DNA of 64,000 bases from Rebecca billardiae RCC1528 (taxonomy: Eukaryota > Protista > Haptophyta): positions 1,612,001 through 1,676,000 of the forward strand of contig OZ251237.1 of NCBI GenBank assembly GCA_965240325.2. The letters are read 5' to 3'. The stretch's first letter is position 1, and each line of letters starts with the position of its first letter. The translations under genes and the position numbers were made by a program. This document shows, piece after piece, positions 21,645-33,467 of this stretch. The notes beneath the pieces were generated by a model that was not told where the DNA came from, did not search any database, and worked only from the letters and a program-made list of their open reading frames with translations.

Positions 21645-22876
21645 CGTGCCCGCAGGAGCGTTGAGCGGCGGAAGCGACTCTGGATCATAATCGAACAGGT
21701 GCTGCTCGTGCTGGCGCCGAGCTCATCGATCATGAAGCGGAGCTTCTCGGGGGCTTCCGACTTGGCTTTCATGGCATAAAAGCGCATGTAACCAGAGTAA
21801 TCATCCACAAATATGATGCCCCATCGCGGTACTCCGCTAGGCAGCCCGTTGATCGGCCCAACGACATCAACGTGGATGAATTGCAGCGGCGCGGTTGCGC
21901 GCTCGCGGGTGCCGGGAAAAGGCTTAGCCTTCAACTTGGCAACATCGCCCTGAAGCACGCGGTCGGCCTTGGCCGTATCCGCGCCTTCAACGAGCTTGCA
22001 AGTAGCCGAGACGGCATCCTGGTCGGCGGAGCCAAAGCGGAGCCGCCACAGCCTTGCAGAATGCTTGTCGCGCGCGCGCTGAGGCTCAGGCGCGCCAGCA
22101 TTCCCGGGCGGCGGCGCACTCGCGCCGCCCGACCCAGTCTCGTTGCCACGTGCGTCGAGTGCGCGAGCACACGAAGGCACGATTGGCGCGAGTTCAAGAC
22201 TGTAGTCATCTCGTAGATACGCGCGCCGATCTCCAAGCTGGAGATACGGCTGCTTACCGAACACGGCGGTGCAGCCCGCGCGCGCGAACGACTGCACCGA
22301 AAGCAGTGTAGTCTGAAGACTCTGCACCGCGACAACACCAGTGAGCCTAACTCGGAACTCTTGCTGGCGAGCGTCGGTGATCACGACGTGAAGGACACCG
22401 CGACACGTGGCGCGGAGCCTCGCGCCTTGCTTCGCGCTGTTGACTTCGAAGTCGGCCGGCTGCCGGTCAGTCAACAAATGCGCGAGCGAGTCATCCAGAA
22501 ACGACTGACTGGCGCCCGAGTCCAAGTACGCGCGGAACGTTGTGGGAGCGACCGATACATCTCGGCGCTGCTCCACCCGCGCCATCTTGGCCGTGCGTCC
22601 GTTGTCGTCAGCAGCAGGGATGTCAATAAAGTGACTCCTCTGCGTGCCCTTCTGGGGCGTATTTTTGTTCTTGTTTCCTCCACCGTTGCCGGCGCGCGCA
22701 CCACCGCGCGCGCCCCCCTTAGCCTTAAGCTCCGGGTGCAACTGCCAGCACCTATCAACGGTGTGGCCTGGCTTGCCGCAGTGATTGCACTTCGGCTTGG
22801 GAGGGTGAGGCGGGTGCTGTTGCTGCCCAGCCTGCATGGCGGCGGCGCGCTCATGTTGAGCTTTGGAGGGTTCCCC
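21641..22876 (-). CDS. Copia zinc knuckle + aspartic protease + truncated integrase
   Basis: CNHCGKPGHTVDRC, YLDSGAS, PLQFIHVDVVGP, FVDDYS; homology ends shortly afterwards. Confidence 0.9.
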   Translation of the reverse strand, partial: GEPSKAQHERAAAMQAGQQQHPPHPPKPKCNHCGKPGHTVDRCWQLHPELKAKGGARGGARAGNGGGNKNKNTPQKGTQRSHFIDIPAADDNGRTAKMARVEQRRDVSVAPTTFRAYLDSGASQSFLDDSLAHLLTDRQPADFEVNSAKQGARLRATCRGVLHVVITDARQQEFRVRLTGVVAVQSLQTTLLSVQSFARAGCTAVFGKQPYLQLGDRRAYLRDDYSLELAPIVPSCARALDARGNETGSGGASAPPPGNAGAPEPQRARDKHSARLWRLRFGSADQDAVSATCKLVEGADTAKADRVLQGDVAKLKAKPFPGTRERATAPLQFIHVDVVGPINGLPSGVPRWGIIFVDDYSGYMRFYAMKAKSEAPEKLRFMIDELGASTSSTCSIMIQSRFRRSTLLRAR

Positions 22877-25800
22877 TCACATCAGCTGCTGCTGATGATG
22901 CTGAGGCTGGCGCGCGCCGCGCTTGGCATCATTTTTGTTTTTATTGTTGTTGTGGATTTGCGCCTTGGCGGCCAAGTGGCGCTGCCAGGCGTCTTCCATC
23001 TGCGCCATAAGCTGGCTAGTGTTCTTCACACACTCAGCTGGCGAAATGGCGCCAAAGTATGAGATCACAGTCTCATAAATTTCAGGCGATGCGTGCATGC
23101 TGTCATACAGCTTGAACACGAGTAAAGTGGCATCGTCGAGACTGCGGAAGCGCGACGAGCGCACTCGCTCAACGGATTGCCTGATAATGTCAGCCGCGTT
23201 GTTAGGCGGCGACTTGTCTCGAGGATACAGCTTGAGGTACTCTGCCCTCAGCTCCGACATCGTAGTGATGCGTAGTTCCTCTTCAAAGACTTCCAGCAGC
23301 GATTCGAGATCGAGGTACCCTTTGGTCGGATCATTGATCTGCTGCTTGGATTCAAGGTACGCAAAGAGTTGCGGGTTCATAGCGTCTGTAATGCGCTTAA
23401 AAAGCACTTCAGCCGAGCGGCTGTAGACAGACGAGAGGGTCACCCCCCTGTCCGCGTCCGGCAAGGATTTGTAGGGCTCAATTTTTTCACTCGAGCGAAC
23501 CCAATTGGATTCTTGGACGAGCTTGAAGCCTGATCCTTTGTCAGATGCAAGGGTGACTATCGTGGTAGATAAGTCGGTCGGGCGTCCCTTGTAGAGCGCT
23601 CGCATTTCCGCGAGTGAGTCTCGAATTACAGAGTGGACAGCCCGCTTCGACTTAATCGAACTCTGGGTGAGTTTCGAATTTGCCGATGATTTGGTCGTGA
23701 CCTCGTGAAGCGCAAAAGCGCGTTCGGGCACGATGGCGGACGTCGCGGATGCGGCGAAATCGCTCTCGGTGCCGACCACGATCCAGTCGCACGAGGCATC
23801 GTAGGAGGAGAACGGTGTCTCCGGTGCACCGCTTGACTCACGAGGCGTAGTATCATGCACGTGATCCGCCTCGGAATGGTGCGCCTCCGTCGCGGAGGCT
23901 TGCTCAGGGTCCGCGCGCGGGCTCGCGCCCGCGGGCGTGCTGCTGCTGCAGCTGCTGAGTTCTGAGCCGCCATCAGCCCCTGAGTCATCCGACTGCGGGT
24001 GATGGTCGGGCTTCGCAGGCTTGTCATCGTCATCGTCATCGTCATCGTCATCATCGCTGTCCCCAGGGCTCCAGCCATCGGGGCTGAGCTCCCGTGAGAG
24101 ACTGTCGATGGAAGCGAGCTCGCGAGGAACGTGCTCAGGCAGTGTGACGTCGTTGCAGTGATACTGCACGTCATACTGCGCGAGGAGCTTGTCTTTCCAG
24201 CGATACTCTTCGGTGACGGTACGATCCAGCATTGCGATGTGCTGGTAGTACGAAGCCTCGTGGTAGAGGTAAGCGAAGGCTGATACCTCGCGAGCCGACG
24301 CAGGGTCGAGCTCAACAAGATCTTTCGGGTAGCCGTCGGACCAGTGGCCCGAGTGCTTGGCCCCCGCAGCGTAATGCTGCTGGTACTTGACGAGGCACCG
24401 GATCTGGCAGCACTCACCCAAGTGTGCCATCTGGTACTCGTCGGCGCACTTCAATGAGCACACCATCGCGATGCCGCAGAGCGAGCATCGGTAGCGCACG
24501 CTGCGCGCGCTGCAACACGGGTTGTTGCAGCACTCGCGGCAGCTGCTGTCGATGTCGTTGTCATCGTACAGCCCATCGATGTCATCCCAGCCGACATACG
24601 GGTTCTCGAGGGCACCGTTCGAAAAATCGGCGCCAGGCGGCATGTTGGGATGCACATCGATCGTGCAGATCTCATGTAGCATGATCTGCGCGCCTGACTT
24701 GTCATAGCCAAGTCCGGCGACGACAGTCGGGTCGCATTTCTGCAACAAGAGAGTCAGCTGACGCGACCAGGTCACGAAGACCCCCGCGTAATTACTCGAC
24801 TCTAGGTACGGCCGGTTGGCACAGTAGCGATGCATACTGAAAGGCCATGTGGCCGGCCTGGCCAGGTCAATATGCGGCTCCCAGGCCCGCTCGACGTTGT
24901 GCCAGTTATGCGGCTCGAGCCATACTGGCGGGTCAGGGAAGAGGACTTCAAGCACCAAGATGGGCTTGAGCGTCTCAATCCCACCGCTGGGCCTGCAGGG
25001 CACGCAGAATGGGCCGGGGGCGATTGTCAGCAGTGCTTTCAGCACGCAGCACAGCGGCGCGTCAGCGCTCGCGCCCCAGCCGCCACGCACCCGTTTGAGT
25101 GCGTATGGCGCGGCCAACTTGAAGGCCTGCACGAGGAGGCCCTCCACTGCTTCCTTGGCAGCGGCCGTGACGAAGCTCGTCATCTCCTCGTGGTACGACC
25201 TGAACTCGTTCGAGAACGAGGGTCCGAGGTTGTCCGCAATTATCCGCTGCAGATCGTAAAAATCCAGCCGCGAGAGCGGGCTGTCAGGCCCGTCGTCGAC
25301 CAGGCTGAGGATCTTGCAAATGCGGTTGAACGCCTCAAGCGTGTGCGGGGTACGCGGTCCAACACGCATCTGCGTCTGCAGGTAGCGGATGAGCGGGTCG
25401 ATGGCTCCGTTGGAGAACTGCCCTAAGTACTGCCCGAGCGCCGAGCCAGGCTCGGCCACCCCGACACCTGATGGACCGGCGCCATCGTAGGCGCGGATCG
25501 GGTGATCGATCACGGCGGTCGCCTGTTTGGCCGGTGCCGCCGGAGGATCGGCTTTGGCAGGGGGCGAGTCTCCTTTCGCACATTGCTCTTCGAGCGTGCG
25601 GAGAGGTGAGTCATCGACATCGCTCGGCAGGGACGGTGAAGGATCACCGTCCGCCGCCCGCGGATCAGCCGCAGCTGAGTTATTGCCGCCACATGGGCGC
25701 TTATTGGGCGACTGCCCAGCCTCACGATCGGGGCTCCGATCGGGGCGAGAGCGCTTGTCGCGCGAGCTAGTCTGATCTAGCTGCTTCGACCGATGGTCAT

Positions 25801-26548
25801 CGGTCTGAAGCGTCTGGCCCGACCGAGGGTCGGCCTCGCGCGAGCCGCCGCGCGATTGCTCGCGCGGCCGCTGCGCCTGTTTGGGCGGCACCGCGCCGGA
25901 ACCATCCGGTGCGTGCACAACCCGCGGCCCGTGGCCGCCTTGTCCGCCGCGACCATGCGCGTGGCCGGACTTGTGCGAGCCGCCGCGCGATTGCTCGCGC
26001 GGCTGCTGCCTCGCCTCGGGCGGCACCACACCGGACGAATCCTGTGCGTGCGCGACCTTTGGCTTGCGCCCACGGCGCGGGCCGCGGCCGCGACCGTGCG
26101 CGGGACCGGACTGGCCGTGGACGGCCTCCGACCCGGAGGTCGGCTGCTCCTTGGGCTTCTTGAAACGCGGGACCACCTTGTCGCCCTGCCTGATGGTCGC
26201 CTTGCCCTTGGGCTGCTCCTCGATCTGCTCCTCGGTCTGCTGGTGCTCCTCGTTGGCGATCATGCGCTGGAAGCGGTTGCGGCACTTCGGCTTGTTCTGG
26301 ACCTGCGCGTCCTGGTCAGACGGCGGCATGCCGTTGTTCTCCTGCGAGTTCTCGCAAGCCTCCTTCTCCGCCTCCTTCTTCGCCTGCTCATACTCCGCCT
26401 CCGCCAGCTTCTTCGCGATGCGCGCCTGTTCGAGCCGGGCGGCGCGCGCTTTCTCGCGCAGGAAGCGGATCTCCTCGGGCTTCCCAGCAACGACCTGGAG
26501 GTAGGTGATATCGCCGTCGTACTTCGCATCCGAGCCGTTTGTCGACAT
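22877..26548 (-). CDS. Extended gag-like ORF with MYND-type zinc finger
   Basis: About 1220 codons from ATG(STNGS) at the LTR edge; CNNPC..RCSLC..VCSLKC..AH..EC motif; helical gag-like C-terminal third, in frame with the zinc knuckle. Confidence 0.75.
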   Translation of the reverse strand: MSTNGSDAKYDGDITYLQVVAGKPEEIRFLREKARAARLEQARIAKKLAEAEYEQAKKEAEKEACENSQENNGMPPSDQDAQVQNKPKCRNRFQRMIANEEHQQTEEQIEEQPKGKATIRQGDKVVPRFKKPKEQPTSGSEAVHGQSGPAHGRGRGPRRGRKPKVAHAQDSSGVVPPEARQQPREQSRGGSHKSGHAHGRGGQGGHGPRVVHAPDGSGAVPPKQAQRPREQSRGGSREADPRSGQTLQTDDHRSKQLDQTSSRDKRSRPDRSPDREAGQSPNKRPCGGNNSAAADPRAADGDPSPSLPSDVDDSPLRTLEEQCAKGDSPPAKADPPAAPAKQATAVIDHPIRAYDGAGPSGVGVAEPGSALGQYLGQFSNGAIDPLIRYLQTQMRVGPRTPHTLEAFNRICKILSLVDDGPDSPLSRLDFYDLQRIIADNLGPSFSNEFRSYHEEMTSFVTAAAKEAVEGLLVQAFKLAAPYALKRVRGGWGASADAPLCCVLKALLTIAPGPFCVPCRPSGGIETLKPILVLEVLFPDPPVWLEPHNWHNVERAWEPHIDLARPATWPFSMHRYCANRPYLESSNYAGVFVTWSRQLTLLLQKCDPTVVAGLGYDKSGAQIMLHEICTIDVHPNMPPGADFSNGALENPYVGWDDIDGLYDDNDIDSSCRECCNNPCCSARSVRYRCSLCGIAMVCSLKCADEYQMAHLGECCQIRCLVKYQQHYAAGAKHSGHWSDGYPKDLVELDPASAREVSAFAYLYHEASYYQHIAMLDRTVTEEYRWKDKLLAQYDVQYHCNDVTLPEHVPRELASIDSLSRELSPDGWSPGDSDDDDDDDDDDDKPAKPDHHPQSDDSGADGGSELSSCSSSTPAGASPRADPEQASATEAHHSEADHVHDTTPRESSGAPETPFSSYDASCDWIVVGTESDFAASATSAIVPERAFALHEVTTKSSANSKLTQSSIKSKRAVHSVIRDSLAEMRALYKGRPTDLSTTIVTLASDKGSGFKLVQESNWVRSSEKIEPYKSLPDADRGVTLSSVYSRSAEVLFKRITDAMNPQLFAYLESKQQINDPTKGYLDLESLLEVFEEELRITTMSELRAEYLKLYPRDKSPPNNAADIIRQSVERVRSSRFRSLDDATLLVFKLYDSMHASPEIYETVISYFGAISPAECVKNTSQLMAQMEDAWQRHLAAKAQIHNNNKNKNDAKRGARQPQHHQQQLM

Positions 26549-27021
26549 GATAGCGGCGTGTAAGCGCTTTGGATGCGTGTGGTGCGTGAGCTCCTGAGGC
26601 GATGCGGAACGCGAGTCCCTGACGGTGTGTCTGCACTGGGCAATGGCCGACAGACGGACACGAAAACGATGAGACGAGCTTCCAGACACAACACAGCACG
26701 CTCAGCGACTTTTGATCTCAAGTCCGGGGATTGCAACTGCAAATAACAAAGTTGATGAAATCGGTTCAGCACTTAGTCGTTGACAAATTAACTTTGATAG
26801 TACGCGTGCAGCTTGGATTATGGATAGGAAAACTGGAAGCAGCGGACGGACATCACTAGTCGTGCAGAAATTGACGAGACATCTCTAGGATGCTCGTCAA
26901 CTGTTCAGGCTGTAGATTGGAACTCAAGGAGGGTTTGTTTATCCGGAAATCCCAGTGTGGGTCTCTTTTCCCAGTGGCTCTCAGCGTGGAAAACCCCGAA
27001 CAACTCGGATAACCTCGGACA
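26548..27021 (-). repeat. 5' LTR of Copia element
   Basis: Direct repeat of 19166-19639. Confidence 0.97.
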
Positions 27022-27037
27022 CTTACCTACCCGTTAA

Positions 27038-28590
27038 TGGCGGGCCGTAGGTCCGCCCCTTGTAGTGCCCGGGAAAAAGATAAGAAAAAGAAAAAGGAAA
27101 AAGAAAATCGCCTCGCAAAGAAAAGAAAATCGCCTCGCTCACTGCCCAGGCCGGGTCGCTTCGCTCACTACCGGGCGCCCTCGCAGCTCCCACTGGGGAC
27201 GCTCGGCCGAAAACCATCTTGGTTATGGCGCGGAGCGCGTGGGCGGCGCGCGCCAAATCCAACGCCAGCGCGGACATCGCGCGAGGATTCCCGAGACGTG
27301 TTTTCGCCCGATTCGCGATTGCTGCCCTCGTCGTCTCGCGTGCAGGTCGAACGAGGGCCAAAGTCGACGCGTTTGGAGGCACGCTCGGCGCGTCGACACG
27401 ATCGTGCGACCTGGGGCGGTCCTCGCTTGACTTGCACGTCGAGCGCTCGCACCGGCCATAGCATCAAGCGCTGCGCACGATGGCCGCCTCGCGCGATCCA
27501 CCGTCGCGCGTCGAGCTCGGTACGAAAGGCCCTCATCAAGAGGCGTCTCGCGGGCGGGAAGCGCCATCGCACGCGACGCAAGCTTTGGCGCGGCCTCTGA
27601 ACACCATAACCGGAATGCACACACCGGACTGTCGCGTGCCCCGGTTGGCAAGGTCGGGCGCATGCAAATCCGTTTGCTACTGTCGCCTGCCTGAGCTGTG
27701 TGCGTCTCTTATTCTTAGTAAACTGTACGGTCGGTGGTGTTCCAGAGCGGGCGATCATCTTTCGCGCTCGCGAGCTCGCGGCCAAAAATCGCTCGGCGCC
27801 TCAGGGCCCACGTCCGGCCTGCATGGCGTCGACGGTGACCAATGCGATGGAGGCGCAGCGCAAAGCGGCGTACGAGGCGCACCGCACGCACCTGCCGGGT
27901 TTGCAGCCGTGGACAGAACCGCATCTTGGCGAGTCGGCGGCCCTCGTCGCACAGCGCTCGATCCCACGGACGCACATCCGCCACGAGAGTGAAACGCCGA
28001 GCGTGCAACATCGTCGCCCCATCCTCCACCATGGCACGGGCGCTGCTGGACGAGGCCGACGTCGTGAAGCCAGTGGCACATGCGCTGCGCTTCATGTGCC
28101 TGCTCGAGCAGCGCGTGCCCACCCTCGATCGCGAGTGGCACACGCTCTCGCACTGCGCGCGCACGCACCGCACAGTCCAGACGACCTAAACAAATGAAAC
28201 ATGACATCACACTCCGCCACCACTGTTTAGCTCCGAGGACATTGAACCGTCACCGTCAGGCGTCACAAGCAAGCCGCCGTCGCACGCCAATCAGTTGGCA
28301 GTGCGCCGTGCGCGCAGTCGACGCCGGCTCGGCACGATGACGAGTAGCGCAGTGGGTGCACGAATACACGCGCAATCACACTGTCGGTGAGATCACCAGA
28401 GTCATCTGTCGCGTTATTATTCGTCAGTGAGTCAGGTAGCTCACCATCATCTGTGTGTCGCACTGTTATTCGTCATCCTGCCCGTCAAACCGCTAAATAA
28501 AACTAAAAGGCGCGAATAACGACCCGCTGAAGGAAATATTGCGACAGCACTGGCACGGCCCGCCGACCCCCCCGCCCGCCAGGGCAGAGT
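27038..28590. mobile_element. ~1.55-kb insertion specific to TIR-element copy 1
   Basis: Absent at the equivalent position of copy 2 (~39540). Short inverted ends GGCGGGCCGT / ACGGCCCGCC; contains the pogo-like end at 27683-27725. Confidence 0.55.
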
Positions 28591-28969
28591 TTTTATTATA
28601 CAGTGCGGGTGAGTTTTAAATATATATTCAGGGTGGTGTCAATATGGGGGTACCTTGTTCACTATTCGTGCTGGGTCATCCGAATAGGCCGCGCCGCCGC
28701 GCGGAGACGGCGGGCTCATGCCACTCAAACCGTCCCGCAGCAGGCCCGGCCGGACCTGATGCGGGCGGCGGGCTGCGTGCCGAAGCACACTACCAAGCGC
28801 ACCTCTGAGCATGCCACCATCCCCAAAGTTGTGAGAGATTCCTCCGCCATCGACGCTTGCGTGCGATCGCCGCCGCCGAGCTTGCCGCGTCCGTTCGGCG
28901 ACTTCCGTGCCCGTGCTCTGTGTCACCGGCGTCGTCGCCGTTCGTCGTACCCCAGCCCACGCGAGGCCG

Positions 28970-30292
28970 TCACCGGTCCACCGGTACTGCGGCGGACTGC
29001 GCGCGCTTCGCCGCGCGCTCGCCCTCGAGCTCCGCCGCTCTCCTCTCGCGCTCGAACTGGACGCAGTCGGCAGCCATGGCAGCCCGCTCGGCCGCAGCGC
29101 GATCTGTGCCCCCGCGCGCGCTGCGCTCGGTTGCGTCGGCGCGCAAGCTGGCGCGCGCAGCGTCGGCGACGGCGCGCGCGGTCGCCTTGCGCGACGAGTC
29201 CAGCTCCACCTGCTGCTCCGTCAGGCGCACCTGCTGCTCCAAGATGATCGCGTGCTCAGCAGGAGTCACGCGCTGCTCGTGCAGCGGCACCTGCACGCGG
29301 CCTGCTGCGGACGCGCGCGGCGCGCCGGCGTCGGGGGGCGAGTAGAGGTCGCGGAAGGGGCAGCTGTCATCGCCGGCGCCCAGCGACGTGTCGTCGGCAT
29401 CCAGCTCCGCCTTCCTCTCCGCCGCCGACGCGCCCTGCTTCCGGCTCAGGATGCGCTCCATGTCCTTGTTCTTATTGCCCTTCCACCACCTGTGCACGGT
29501 CATCAGCCAGATGCCGATCACCTCCAGCAGCGGCGAGTCGTGGCGCGCCGAGATGCCGAGCGCATCCGCGCAGACGAGCGCGAGTGCCTTGGGCTTCTTC
29601 GTCCCACCGTCGCGCGCGGTCTGGGCGCACGCCGGGGTGAACACTCTGACCAACGGCTTGTGCTTCTTCAAGTTCTCGAGCATGAGGTCCATGAGCGTGC
29701 GGAGGAGGTCGAGGAGCATGAAGTTGAGCACCGATGCGTACCGCGGGCGAGTGCCGGCCACGAGCCGACCGGCCAAGGGCTGCAGCACGTGGATGGCGCG
29801 CGCCGCCACCGCCGTCTCCTCGAGCTGCTGCGCGCTGACGTTGTCGTCAGGCCGTAGCTCGGGCCTGCACGGTTGCACACAGCCGAGGCCGTCCGCGGAG
29901 GAGGCGAGCCCCTCGGCGGTGCCGGCGGGGACCTCGGGCGGGTCGCACACATCCATGGTCACGCGTGCATCATCATCTGCCGCGCCCTGGACCTCGTCAT
30001 GCCCGGCACAGCGGTCCGCAAGTTGGTCAGCGGTAGCTGGCCCTTGCAGCAGAGGCGTCGCGGGCACGTCCGAGGGCGAGAAGGCAGCGTCGGGTGGGGA
30101 AGGAGACAGCGTCGAGTCGTTGCCGATGCCCATCCCACCGCGTTGCGCATGTTCGTCTCCGCGTTGCTCGCCTGCACGTGCTCCTAGGACGCGCTCCTTG
30201 GTCGCGGGCAGCACACGTTGAGCACGCATATTCAAATCATGAAGCACGAGCGTCGACTGATCAGCGACTCCCAGCGAGAGCCCGGTCCACAC
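28970..30292 (-). CDS. Unknown protein encoded by TIR element copy 1
   Basis: 440-codon ORF homologous to 39739-41241; no DDE motif recognised; start uncertain. Confidence 0.55.
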   Translation of the reverse strand: MWTGLSLGVADQSTLVLHDLNMRAQRVLPATKERVLGARAGEQRGDEHAQRGGMGIGNDSTLSPSPPDAAFSPSDVPATPLLQGPATADQLADRCAGHDEVQGAADDDARVTMDVCDPPEVPAGTAEGLASSADGLGCVQPCRPELRPDDNVSAQQLEETAVAARAIHVLQPLAGRLVAGTRPRYASVLNFMLLDLLRTLMDLMLENLKKHKPLVRVFTPACAQTARDGGTKKPKALALVCADALGISARHDSPLLEVIGIWLMTVHRWWKGNKNKDMERILSRKQGASAAERKAELDADDTSLGAGDDSCPFRDLYSPPDAGAPRASAAGRVQVPLHEQRVTPAEHAIILEQQVRLTEQQVELDSSRKATARAVADAARASLRADATERSARGGTDRAAAERAAMAADCVQFERERRAAELEGERAAKRAQSAAVPVDR

Positions 30293-30575
30293 GAAGCATG
30301 GCTACCTGTCCGCAGCCGCCCAGCCGCTCGGCGAGGCGCCTGCGCCGAGGTGGGCGCGCCCAACGGCGAGCGGACGGCCGTCGACGAGGGCCATCAGCCT
30401 CGCCGACCCCGTTCAGAGCTCCGCTCCCGCGCCGGGGCCAGCCGAGCGCGGATTTGGAATCTGCCGATCGCGAAAACACGCCGAACAAGTTCTGAAAAGG
30501 AAAAGAAAAGAAATCAAAACTCAATTTAATCTGATGGACCCCCTACGCGCTGAGGCGCGCGCGCCACGTGTCCCT

Positions 30576-31921
<1,346 letters not shown>

Positions 31922-33467
31922 GGTGTCGTGCCGCTGCCGCTGCTCCGGGCCGTCGCCCTCCCAGAGCAGGTCGGGGCGGAAGTGCATGAGCAGCTCGCGC
32001 GTGCGCGCCGCCCTGCGCGCGCTCACCCCCGCCACCGCGCGCCCGAGCGCCGCCGCCGGCTCCGCCAGCACCTCCGCCTCGCGCAGCTCCACCGCCAGGT
32101 GTTCGTACGGCAGCAGCGGCTGAAAGTGCATGCCGCTCTCAAACACGCCGTCTGAGACGATCAGCGGGATGGCGCCGGTGGCGGCGCTCTCCTGCATGCG
32201 CCGCGTGGTGGGCTTGTCGCCGCGGAGGTACAGCAGGAACTGCGCGCGCACGCCGAGCTCGCCGAGGTCGGCGTCGCCCTCGCACACGAGCGGCCGGGGC
32301 GGCGCGAGCGCGCCCAGCCGCGCGGCGAGCGCGAGCTGCGCGCGCGCCGACTCTGGGCAGCGGCTGAGGGGCAGGCGCGCGCGCGTGGACGCGAGGGCCT
32401 TGCGCGTGGCGTCGGTCGGGTGGTGCACGAGGAGCGCGCCGCCGCGCGGCAGCGAGCGCGCCGCCGCCCGCCCCGCCGCGCCGTCGCCGGCGTCGCCCCG
32501 GCCCGGCGCCATCAGCGCCGCCATCGCGCGCAGCAGCGGCAGCCGCACCGCGCCCACGCCGCCGCCCTCGCGGTCGGCGGCGCGGCCGGCGAAGAGCAGG
32601 GGGAGCGGGCGGGCGGCGCGGAGCGCGCGGCGCGCGGGCGCGGGCGCGGCGCGCGGGGCGAGCGTCTGCGGCACGGCGACCAGCGTGTACTCCGACGTGT
32701 TCAGCTCCGCCGCCGGCTGCACCAGCCGCTGCGCGGTGTACCAGCCCCACACTGTGCCCACGGGCGGCCGCAGCGCGCCGCGCAGCACGTGCCGCCACCA
32801 CGGCGCCACAAACAGGTGCGCCTCGCGGCGCGCGCGGAAGAGCGGCGAGGCCGTGACGAGGCGCAGCACCGCGGCGGCGTCGCGCACGTGGTACGCGGCG
32901 CACCGCTTCGACGCCGCGAGCGAGAGGAACACGGGCGGCACGAAGAGCGCCGCGTCGCGCGGGTCCCGCACGCGCCACGGGTGGGCGAGCAGCTGCCGCA
33001 CGAAGAACAGGTCGCCGCGGTAGGGCGCGTAGGTGGTGCCCGGCTCGAAGGCGTCCGAGCAGTTCGCCTCGACGTGCGCCAGCTCCGCCGCCGCCGAGCG
33101 CCCGCCGAGCCACGCGCCGTCGTACACGAAGAAGGGCACGCGCGGCAGCCGGCGGCGCCGGTCGTCCGCGCACGCGAGCAGCTCGCGCGCGCTCCACGCG
33201 TCGTCCGCCGCGTCGAAGCGCGGGCACGGCGGCGGCCACGCGTCGAGCAGCGCGCGCAGCTCCGGCGTGCGCCGCGGCGCCGCCGCGCCGCACGCCGTCG
33301 CCACCGTGAGCGCGACGACGCAGGCGACTCGACGTCGCCGCCCGGGCCGGGCCGCCGCCATGCTTTGCTGTCGCACGAGTTCACGAAAACGCCGATCACG
33401 AAAACGAATACAGTATTGAGCGGAAATCGCCACTGCAAAAAGGTCCGTCTTCGCGACCACGGCCCTC

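Larger units (their letters stand above)
19166..27021 (-). mobile_element. Ty1/Copia LTR retrotransposon
   Basis: 474-bp LTRs at 19166-19639 and 26548-27021 (TG...CA, identical by eye); CTTAC TSD at 19161-19165 and 27022-27026; G-rich PPT next to the 3' LTR; gag-PR-IN-RT-RH domain order. Confidence 0.97.
18741..30546. mobile_element. TIR element copy 1 (GTAGGGGGTCCAT...ATGGACCCCCTAC) containing a nested Copia and a second insertion
   Basis: 13-bp terminal inverted repeat; 18741-19165 and ~28600-30546 align with 39099-41402 plus 47528-47620. Confidence 0.85.

Noticed and set aside
26530-26800. Tf1-style self-priming site in the Copia LTR
   Set aside because: Only an 8/9 match (TTTGTCAAC versus GTCGACAAA), which is within chance.
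27500-27570. piggyBac-like motif (PLDEGLSYRAR)
   Set aside because: Too short, with no other transposase motifs and no clear TTAA-bounded ends.
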